NCBI GenBank assembly: GCA_021733985.1
Contig: JAIPJT010000008.1
Span: 13,092 to 77,091, forward strand
Reading direction: 5' to 3'
DNA length: 64,000 nucleotides
DNA from: Victivallales bacterium
GTDB taxonomy: Bacteria > Verrucomicrobiota > Lentisphaeria > Victivallales > GWF2-38-69
Each line of letters starts with the position of its first letter. Within the stretch, counting starts at the first letter, position 1. Under the pieces are notes generated by a model that ran no database searches, had not been told where the DNA came from, and saw only the letters and a list, made by a program, of their open reading frames with translations. Positions 1 to 11,273 of this stretch are shown piece after piece. Position numbers and translations under genes: made by a program.

Positions 1-417
1 TTTTATGTGTTCAAGCCCGGAAGTGTAAGCAAAAATTTTATGAAGTTTATGGAACAGGAGTATATCTTTTAAATATTTACCCGGATATGCTGTAAGTATA
101 GACTGTTCTATCTTAGTTTTATTAATGCAAGGCTGGATTTTAGTGAAGTGTTCATGCAGGACACATTCATATTTCCGTTTTTCGTAGTAAAGCATAAATT
201 CTGCTGATATTGCATCAAAAGAAATTTCAGAAAAGTCAAAACCGATATTTTTATAAAATTTTTCTGCGGGAAAATCAAAAACCTCAGAATATATTTTTTC
301 TGTTATCTGCGGTTTGTCTCGACTGGACAACATTTTATTTATAATTTCAATACACAGCCAAGAATCATTTATTATAGTTCCGTTCCAATCCCAGATTACA
401 TGTTTGACATTTCTCAT
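1..417 (-). CDS. HAD-superfamily hydrolase (phosphatase-like); C-terminal end runs off the window
   Basis: Absent from the ORF track because there is no stop in the window. Reverse-strand ATG at 417-415. My translation MRNVKHVIWDWNGTIINDSW... stays open for all 139 codons down to position 1. WDWNGT fits HAD motif I and SILTAY fits motif II. Confidence 0.55.
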   Translation of the reverse strand, partial: MRNVKHVIWDWNGTIINDSWLCIEIINKMLSSRDKPQITEKIYSEVFDFPAEKFYKNIGFDFSEISFDAISAEFMLYYEKRKYECVLHEHFTKIQPCINKTKIEQSILTAYPGKYLKDILLFHKLHKIFAYTSGLEHIK

Positions 418-550
418 TTAATTTTCCTTACTAATCATTATTCAGAGTTTAACATTTGACCTGACAGAATATAGTTTACATTATCACCTATTTAAAGCTT
501 TCAGTTGATTTTTATATTGTACAAAAATGCAGTCAACAGGCTAAAACATT

Positions 551-2359
551 TTATTCGTGAGTGATGTCTTTATAAGTAAAAATATTGAATTCTCTATCTG
601 TTAAATTAATTGTTGAAAATTTGACACTAACCACTCGTATCTCGCCATTAGGCCTGGTTATTCTAAATTTTCTTTTAGCGGGAAAAGAATTGTCAATTAT
701 ATATTTCATCTCAGTTTTTCTATCATTGGGGTGAACACAGTGACTCAACCAAAAATCCGTTCCTCCCAGATATAACTCTTCTTCAGGATATCCGAGCAAT
801 TCCGCAACAGCTCTGTTGATGAAATAAACGTCTTTCCTGTTTGAATAATTAATTATGAAACCGTCAGAAGCAGTGTTTAGAGAAAATTTAAGTAACTGTT
901 TAACATCCTCTTTTTTCTTTTTTTCTGTGATATCCCGGCTGACTGTCAGCGTATATTCGGTACCGAGGAAATATTTCTTACGCCTTGTAGCCTCTATCCA
1001 TATAACGCTTCTATCTGATTTGATTATTCTGTATTCATCTCTTTCCGGCCATGCTCTTTTTTCAAGGTAGTTCATCTCCCTTTCTTTATCCAAAGGGTGC
1101 AGGCACTCTAACCATAAGTTAACCCCGGATTTATTAAAAGATTCAGCAGTATAACCAAAAATCCTTTCTGTAGCATTATTTGCATATTTTATCAGATGAC
1201 TGGAGGTGGCTTTATCATAACTGCTCAATGTTAAGGCTGATTCCATTACATCTGCATTTAGTCTCAACAATTCGCTGACTTCTTCATTTTTCCTTTTATC
1301 TGTTATATCCCTTATAACAGAACACATAACTTCTTTACCGAGAAAGTGCTGGAAGTCGCAGGTTGCTTCAATCAAACGGATCTGCCCGTCCGGTTTGATA
1401 ATCCGGTATTCTCTACGATCGGGCCACGACCTGTCGCGATAGTATTTACTCTGTTCGGAACGGTCGTTGGGGTGTACACAGTTTTTCAGCCAGTAGTCAA
1501 CTCCGCCTTTCTTGTATTCCTTTGCATTAACTCCCATTATATTTTCTATAACTTTGCTGACAAAAAAATATGAATTTTTATTTAATTCGCGTATGCAATA
1601 GGCATCAGATACGGAATTAAGTGATAATTCCAGCATTTCCCGTATTTCTTCATTCCGTTTTCTCTCAGTAATATCAATAAAAGTTCCAACTATACCGCCA
1701 ATTTTCCCTTCCGAATCAAATATTGGGTATTTTGAGATTAAGCCCCATTTCTTTTTTCTTGTCCCTGGAATTATATCTTCTGAATCAATAATGGGTTTGC
1801 CTGTGAGAAGCACTTCTGTATCCTGCTTTTCATTGTTCTTGGTTTCATTTAAACTGAAAAAATTATGATCTTTGTGACCGAGAATCTGATTTTCTGTGAG
1901 CGGAGAAGAAGTATTATTTAAAAAAGCCCTGTTAGCCGTTATATATTTCAGTTTTGTGTCCTTAACATAAAACATAAAGTTCATGGAGGACATGATTGCT
2001 TTTATAATTATTGAAGTCTGATTAAATTTTTTAAATAATTCTTCAAGATTACTGAGAAAAACTTTTTGGACCGACTCCTGGTCTATGTCTTTTTTACCTG
2101 AAAAAATATGCCATGAATTAGCCAGTTCACTGATATTACCTTCAGATAAAGGATATTCAGCTTTTAGATCCGATATTTCTGTAACAGGTATATTTAATAT
2201 ACTTGCCAGGTTCCTTATCTTCGGTGACGTAGGCTCAGTCCTCCCCTTCTCCCATGACCATATTGTTCCTCGGTCAACGCCTAATTGTTTTGCAACTGAA
2301 GTTACAGATATTTTATTTTTCCGGCGCAACTCTTTAAATTTGTCGTAATAAAATTTCAT
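551..2359 (-). CDS. XRE-family HTH transcriptional regulator fused to four PAS-like sensor modules
   Basis: 602-aa ORF. The N-terminus KISVTSVAKQLGVDRGTIWSWEKGRTEP is a typical XRE/Cro-type HTH. Four repeated modules each end in a DIT-E/D-K/R-K linker (FIDITERKRNEE, IRDITDKRKNEE, SRDITEKKKKED, YKDITHE) with WLxxxVHPxD cores typical of PAS. No kinase or other output domain is present. Confidence 0.75.
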   Translation of the reverse strand: MKFYYDKFKELRRKNKISVTSVAKQLGVDRGTIWSWEKGRTEPTSPKIRNLASILNIPVTEISDLKAEYPLSEGNISELANSWHIFSGKKDIDQESVQKVFLSNLEELFKKFNQTSIIIKAIMSSMNFMFYVKDTKLKYITANRAFLNNTSSPLTENQILGHKDHNFFSLNETKNNEKQDTEVLLTGKPIIDSEDIIPGTRKKKWGLISKYPIFDSEGKIGGIVGTFIDITERKRNEEIREMLELSLNSVSDAYCIRELNKNSYFFVSKVIENIMGVNAKEYKKGGVDYWLKNCVHPNDRSEQSKYYRDRSWPDRREYRIIKPDGQIRLIEATCDFQHFLGKEVMCSVIRDITDKRKNEEVSELLRLNADVMESALTLSSYDKATSSHLIKYANNATERIFGYTAESFNKSGVNLWLECLHPLDKEREMNYLEKRAWPERDEYRIIKSDRSVIWIEATRRKKYFLGTEYTLTVSRDITEKKKKEDVKQLLKFSLNTASDGFIINYSNRKDVYFINRAVAELLGYPEEELYLGGTDFWLSHCVHPNDRKTEMKYIIDNSFPAKRKFRITRPNGEIRVVSVKFSTINLTDREFNIFTYKDITHE

Positions 2360-2465
2360 TATAAATAATTTTTCAGCTAACTAATGCATAAAGGTTAAAT
2401 TAAACCTTGCGACTAAACACGTTATGCTGCTCCTTATGTGTTAAAACTGTATATGTCCCTCTTTT

Positions 2466-2514
2466 TTAATTCAACACATTATGTTAAATATTCAACTCTT
2501 GTTTGTTGAATTAA
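2466..2514. promoter_or_regulatory. Candidate operator: perfect 11-bp inverted repeat TTAATTCAACA-N27-TGTTGAATTAA in a divergent intergenic region
   Basis: Arms at 2466-2476 and 2504-2514 are exact reverse complements. The heptamer ATTCAAC occurs three times: 2469-2475, 2490-2496 (21 bp apart) and inverted at 2505-2511. The site lies between the HTH-PAS gene and the acn operon. Confidence 0.35.
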
Positions 2515-2564
2515 TAATAATTTAAAAAAAAGTATTGAGATTTGAGTTCAATATTATTTATTTT

Positions 2565-2573
2565 TGGTATAGT
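2565..2573 (+). promoter_or_regulatory. Possible extended -10 promoter element TGGTATAGT upstream of acn
   Basis: TGnTATAGT at 2565-2573. No good -35 at 17-bp spacing. It would give a leader of about 165 nt before the acn ATG at 2747. Confidence 0.25.
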
Positions 2574-2746
2574 CAAAAGGCACTATTGAAGCTTAAGGAT
2601 GTTTATAATGAAATTAAACAGACAATTAGGAATAGCCGATTACTTTCCTCACAATGGGGAAATTACGGTATATCGTGTCCTTTGCCGAACAAGAAAACTT
2701 TCCGCAGTTATAATTCCAATACCCAAACAAACAAGAGGAAATTATT

Positions 2747-4660
2747 ATGAATGTCACAAGGAAAATTATCGAGGAGCATTTGATTGAAGGGAAAATGGTT
2801 CCCGGTGAAAAAATTGCAATCCGGATTGACCAGACCCTTACTCAGGATGCTACAGGTACAATGGCGTATCTTCAGTTTGAAGCACTGGGGATCCCCAGAG
2901 TCAAAACAGAACTGTCTGTCTCCTATGTGGATCATAATATGCTCCAGAGCGGTTTTATGAATGCAGACGATCACGCTTTTCTCCAGTCTATAGCAAGAAA
3001 AAGCGGAATAAAATTTTCCAGGCCGGGTAATGGCATCTGCCATCAGGTCCATTTAGAAAGATTCGGGGTCCCAGGTAAAACACTTGTCGGTTCGGATTCT
3101 CACACGCCTACAGCCGGCGGACTCGGAATGATGGCAATAGGTGTCGGCGGGCTGGATGTTGCATTATCAATGGCCGGGCAGAAATTTTACCTGACTATGC
3201 CTGAAGTTGTTGAAGTTAGATTGACAGGTAAATTAAATGATTTTGTAAGTGCTAAAGATGTTATTCTGGAGCTGTTAAGACGTCTGAGCGTAAAAGGGGG
3301 TGTTGGAAAAGTGATGGAATTTACCGGCCCGGGTGTTGAAACTCTAACAGTTCCAGAGAGAGCTACTATAACCAATATGGGTGCCGAACTTGGCGCAACA
3401 ACTTCTTTGTTCCCTTCTGATAAAACAACAAAGCGGTTTCTTGAAATACAGGGACGGGGCAGAGATTGGAGAGAGATGAAAACCGATGCAGATTCTTCAT
3501 ATGATGACCTGGTTGAAATAAATCTATCAGTACTTGAACCGTTAATAGCACAGCCTCATATGCCGGATCAAGTTGTAAAAGTTAAGGAAATTGAGGGAAA
3601 GCCGGTTCAGCAGGTAGTTGTAGGCTCATGTACAAATTCCAGTTACAAAGATATTTCAGCCGTTGCGCAGATGCTTAGGGGCAGGAAAGTACATGAAAAT
3701 GTATCAATGGGGCTTCTGCCCGGCTCTAAACAGGTATTGAGGAAAATAACTCAGACCGGAGAACTTGATACAATTCTCGCCGCAGGAGTAAGAGTTCTTG
3801 AAAGTTCATGCGGTGCATGCATAGGAATGGGATTCTCGCCCGGCACTGACGGTGTGACACTCAGGACTTTTAACCGAAACTTCCTTGGGAGGACCGGAAC
3901 TAAAAGCGCTTTAGCGCATTTGTGTTCGCCTGAAGTTGCGGTTGCAGCTGCTATTACAGGGGAAATCGCTGATCCGAGAACACTCGGTATCCCGAAGCCT
4001 TTTGTAGATGATGAAACAACTTTTGATATAGATGATTCAATGATCCTTGAGCCCGCAGAGAATCCCGATGATATCGAAATTGTCAGAGGGCCCAATATTC
4101 AGCCCTTACCAATCAATGAAGGAATAGGAAACAAAATTAAAGGAACAACTGTTTTAAAAACCGGCGATAATATAACAACTGATCATATTATGCCTGCCGG
4201 AGCCAAAATTCTTCCTCTGCGTTCGAATGTTCCGGAAATTTCAAAACATGTTTTCGAAGTTATAGATCCTGATTTTCCGGAAAGAGCTAAAGCCGCAGGC
4301 ACCGGTATAATCATAGGCGGTGAAAACTATGGACAGGGATCCAGCAGAGAACACGCTGCGCTTGCGCCTATGTATTTAGGGATAAGAGCAAAACTGGTTA
4401 AAAGTTTTGCAAGAATTCATTTGGCTAATCTAATCAACTTCGGCATAATGCCTCTAACGTTCAAAAATCCGGACGATTATGATTCAATTGACCAGGGGGA
4501 TAAACTGGAAATCGATTTAAACACTATCCGTACCGGAGAAGTTGAAGTTAGAAATATAACCAAAGGGACAGCTTTTAAAGCCGAGCACCAGCTTTCAGAT
4601 AGGGAAATAGATATAGTTAAAGCCGGCGGAGCATTGGGTTATGTTAAGAAATTCATTTAA
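2747..4660 (+). CDS. acn: Aconitate hydratase (single-chain, about 640 aa, Aquifex-type aconitase family)
   Basis: 637-aa ORF with RBS AGGAAA upstream. Fe-S ligand and substrate motifs GSDSHTPTAGG, VGSCTNSSYKD and SCGACIGMG, plus the C-terminal swivel-domain motif GENYGQGSSREHAALAP. Confidence 0.9.
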   Translation: MNVTRKIIEEHLIEGKMVPGEKIAIRIDQTLTQDATGTMAYLQFEALGIPRVKTELSVSYVDHNMLQSGFMNADDHAFLQSIARKSGIKFSRPGNGICHQVHLERFGVPGKTLVGSDSHTPTAGGLGMMAIGVGGLDVALSMAGQKFYLTMPEVVEVRLTGKLNDFVSAKDVILELLRRLSVKGGVGKVMEFTGPGVETLTVPERATITNMGAELGATTSLFPSDKTTKRFLEIQGRGRDWREMKTDADSSYDDLVEINLSVLEPLIAQPHMPDQVVKVKEIEGKPVQQVVVGSCTNSSYKDISAVAQMLRGRKVHENVSMGLLPGSKQVLRKITQTGELDTILAAGVRVLESSCGACIGMGFSPGTDGVTLRTFNRNFLGRTGTKSALAHLCSPEVAVAAAITGEIADPRTLGIPKPFVDDETTFDIDDSMILEPAENPDDIEIVRGPNIQPLPINEGIGNKIKGTTVLKTGDNITTDHIMPAGAKILPLRSNVPEISKHVFEVIDPDFPERAKAAGTGIIIGGENYGQGSSREHAALAPMYLGIRAKLVKSFARIHLANLINFGIMPLTFKNPDDYDSIDQGDKLEIDLNTIRTGEVEVRNITKGTAFKAEHQLSDREIDIVKAGGALGYVKKFI

Positions 4661-4707
4661 CTCGTTAAACTTTATATATTAATAAGAAAAATAAATTGGA
4701 GTATTAA

Positions 4708-6021
4708 ATGGCACAGAAAGGTATATTGGAGTATGACGCAAAGGCCTTGATTGCCAAAGTCTGGGATAATTACTTTGGAACCGACTTCAAGTTTAATTTC
4801 AAATCGGTTTTGATTGATGAACAAAATTCAATGAAAAACCGGTTAAATTCAAATTCATGGTTAAAAGAACAAAACCTCGTTGTAAAACCTGATATGCTTT
4901 TTGGGAGCAGAGGTAAAAACAATTTGGTTTACTTTAAAGACAGGGAAGCCGGTGATGTGTCTCTAGACAAGGCTCAAAAATGGCTGAAGGATAAAATGGG
5001 GAGTGAAATCACATTGCTGGATGGTACAAAGGGGAAGTTGACAAGGTTTATTGTAGAGCCTTTCATCGTTCATGACCCCAAAAAAGAATATTATATTTGT
5101 GCTTCCGCTAAGCCTGAATGTGATATACTTTATATGTCATCTACTGGCGGAGTGGAAATTATGGAGGAATGGGACAAAGTAAACAGTGTAGAAATTCCTC
5201 TTGATGTCGATATTACAGAACTGCAGAAACTTATTTATGATAAAGTCCCTCAAAATATATTTAATAAAGAACGGTTCTGTAATTTTGCAGTAGGCTTCTA
5301 TCTGCTATTTAAAGATTTGCATTTAACATATCTTGAACTGAACCCTTTCGTATTGGAAAATGAAGAGGTATTTGTTCTGGATACAGTTGCAAAACTTGAC
5401 GATACTGCCGGTTACCTTATGCACGAAACATGGGGTGAAATTCAATATCATTCACCTTTCGGACAAAAAGAACTTTCTCCGGAAGAACTTATGATTAGCG
5501 AAATGGATGAAAGGTCCGGGGCAAGTTTGAAGTTAACTATCCTTAATCGTAACGGAGCTGTCTGGCCCCTTATTGCCGGCGGTGGCGCCTCAGTTGTTTT
5601 TGCAGACAGTATTGTTAAGACCTATGGCGCCGAAGAACTGGCCAATTATGGAGAATATTCGGGGAATCCTTCACAGGAAGAAACTTATCACTATGCTAAA
5701 ACAGTGATTGACTTAATGTGCCGGAAAAAAGATTCTAAAGGCAGGGACAAGGTTTTACTGATTGGAGGCGCTATTGCGAATTTCACCGATGTGGCAAAAA
5801 CCTTCAACGGTATAATTCAGGCTTTCAATGATATGGCTGATAAATTGAAGGACACCGGTGTGCGGATATATGTAAGAAGGGGCGGCCCTAATTATAAGAC
5901 CGGACTTAGAAACATTAGAACAGCTGCAAAAAAACTGGATTTAAGCATAGAAGTTTTCGGCCCTGAAACTCACCTGACAGAAATTGTTAGACTTTCGAAC
6001 GAAGACATGAAAAACTATTAA
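4708..6021 (+). CDS. aclB: ATP-citrate lyase, beta (small, SucC/ATP-grasp-like) subunit
   Basis: 437-aa ORF with GGAG RBS. Succinyl-CoA synthetase beta-like fold signature (LVVKPDMLFGSRGK, GGGASVVFAD). Immediately precedes aclA in the aclBA order known from Chlorobi. Confidence 0.88.
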   Translation: MAQKGILEYDAKALIAKVWDNYFGTDFKFNFKSVLIDEQNSMKNRLNSNSWLKEQNLVVKPDMLFGSRGKNNLVYFKDREAGDVSLDKAQKWLKDKMGSEITLLDGTKGKLTRFIVEPFIVHDPKKEYYICASAKPECDILYMSSTGGVEIMEEWDKVNSVEIPLDVDITELQKLIYDKVPQNIFNKERFCNFAVGFYLLFKDLHLTYLELNPFVLENEEVFVLDTVAKLDDTAGYLMHETWGEIQYHSPFGQKELSPEELMISEMDERSGASLKLTILNRNGAVWPLIAGGGASVVFADSIVKTYGAEELANYGEYSGNPSQEETYHYAKTVIDLMCRKKDSKGRDKVLLIGGAIANFTDVAKTFNGIIQAFNDMADKLKDTGVRIYVRRGGPNYKTGLRNIRTAAKKLDLSIEVFGPETHLTEIVRLSNEDMKNY

Positions 6022-6039
6022 AGAAGAGGGAATATATTA

Positions 6040-10153
<4,114 letters not shown>

Positions 10154-10201
10154 AATTACAGCTCTGATAATTCTAAAATATTTAACCCGGATTAGGCAAT
10201 T

Positions 10202-10260
10202 ACGCAGTGTGCTATAGCTGCAAGGCAACAAAATGCAGCTTTAGTATCTACTGCATACCA
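10202..10260 (+). repeat. Copy 1 of a second short repeat (ACGCAGT ... TAGCT-N29-TACTGCATACCA), in the icd 3' region
   Basis: Aligns without gaps to 29537-29582 over 46 nt: 12 mismatches in the first 34 positions, then an identical 12-mer TACTGCATACCA. ACGCAGT lies upstream in both copies, with 8 nt different spacing. Confidence 0.3.
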
Positions 10261-10350
10261 CTCATGCAGCGACAGTGAACATGCTGTTGAAAATCTATAA
10301 AAATAAATTACTTAAAACCTTTGTAATGTTCAAATCCATAATTTGGGTTT

Positions 10351-10394
10351 AAATCCTGCCGGAGCCAGTATATATAGCTCAGACAGGATTTTTT
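10351..10394 (+). terminator. Candidate intrinsic terminator for icd (hairpin plus T-run)
   Basis: AAATCCTG (10351-10358) pairs with CAGGATTT (10383-10390), with additional GAGC/GCTC pairing inside. Followed by a run of seven T (10388-10394). About 200 nt downstream of the icd stop. Confidence 0.4.
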
Positions 10395-10402
10395 TATAGA
10401 CT

Positions 10403-10432
10403 TTATACCAAAAACGATTTAGTTTTCGAAAA
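10403..10432 (-). repeat. Truncated copy (3' box only) of the dispersed ~115-bp element family
   Basis: TATACCAAAAACGATTTAGTTTTCGAAAAG. ATACCAAAAACGATTTAGTTTT within it matches the reverse complement of copy A (ATACCCAAAACGAATTAGTTTT) at 20 of 22 positions. Similarity ends about 40 bp before the IS630-type remnant. Confidence 0.45.
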
Positions 10433-10473
10433 GTAGATTGAGATTTTCTTCAACCTGCTTAAATAAAGAACCT

Positions 10474-10993
10474 ATGAAGAGTTACAAGAATTCCCTAAAA
10501 CCAGAAGAACGATCTAAACTGCTAATCCTGAACCGTGCAGAAAATTCATCAAGATATGCAGACAGGATTAAAGTATACTTCAAGTGGAATCAGAAGCATT
10601 CTGCATAAACTTGGATTTGTTTATAAAAACATCCCATGTTCCAGGTAAAGCCAATAGAAAAAAGCAGGAAGAGTTTATCAAAAAGTTTAAGCTCTATCTT
10701 CCGACACTACGGCTTTCTTTATGGATGCTTCACATCCGCAGTTTAATTCAATGCCTGCTTACGACTGGATTTATAAAGGAGAACGGGTTGAAGTTCCATC
10801 CAACACAGGCAGAGAAAGAATAAATTTAAACGGTGCGGTTAATGCAGAAACACATGAAGCAGTTGTATTAGACCGTGCTACTGTTAATGCAGACGCTACT
10901 ATTGAACTTTTCAAAGAACTTGAGTACAGGTACCCAAAAGCTCCTTCAATATAGGTATTTTCAGATAATCCTAAATGCTATTATTCTAAATAA
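10474..10993 (+). pseudogene. IS630-family (DDE) transposase remnant, broken by stops, frameshifts and deletions
   Basis: Three frames carry pieces: an HTH-region piece (LKPEERSKLL...RYADRIK), a linker (SGIRSILHKLGFVYKKTSHVPGKANRKKQEEFIKKF) and the DDE core (FMDASHPQFNSMPAYDWIYKGERVEVPSNTGRERINLNGAVN...), then an in-frame stop and VFSDNPKCYYSK. Track ORFs 10584-10823 and 10721-10954 are fragments of it. Confidence 0.6.
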
Positions 10994-11069
10994 GGTGAAG
11001 GAGTTTTATTAATTTTTCAACTTTTTGTGCAAATTCTAAAAAATACTAATATAATTATAAGAAAATTAG

Positions 11070-11237
11070 AGGCATTGCCCCCAGTTTAATGAAAAGGAAA
11101 TCCTGAATAATCCAGGGTGGATCTTTGTAAATATAGCAAAGGCCTTCACCGAAAGTGAATTTGAGAAATATAAACCGATTAAGGACCGACAGTATGTTTC
11201 CGGCTTTGACAGAGAAATTAAAAAACTACTGGAATAG
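11070..11237 (+). pseudogene. Short C-terminal gene remnant (tail resembles RhuM-family proteins)
   Basis: 55-codon open frame without a start codon, ending ...IAKAFTESEFEKYKPIKDRQYVSGFDREIKKLLE*. I associate an EYEKF...SDFD(K/R)..KK tail with RhuM-family island proteins. This is from memory only. Confidence 0.25.
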
Positions 11238-11273
11238 AATTATGCAATCGAATACAAATGGAAGACAATTAAA

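Noticed and set aside
2535-2787. Small ORFs (71 and 62 aa) upstream of acn
   Set aside because: They overlap each other and the acn start, have no RBS, and have low-complexity composition. They are more likely leader or promoter DNA.
10215-10260. Idea that the hairpins in the two copies of the second short repeat show compensatory covariation
   Set aside because: When the copies are aligned gaplessly, the paired positions of one copy are not complementary in the other. The hairpins are non-homologous, so there is no covariation evidence.
10345-10367. Classical attL/attR direct repeat of the tRNA 3' end flanking the islet
   Set aside because: The tRNA-like stretch is inverted relative to the intact tRNA and also forms part of a terminator-like hairpin. 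A simple integrase-generated direct repeat is therefore not supported. It is kept only as a weaker remnant hypothesis.
11075-11120. Reading LPPQFNEKE... as the continuation of the IS630 transposase (the LPPYSPxLNPIE motif)
   Set aside because: That frame hits a stop after a few codons. The alternative frame is open for 55 codons to a natural stop with a different, RhuM-like tail. The assignment is ambiguous, so the IS remnant is ended at about 10993.
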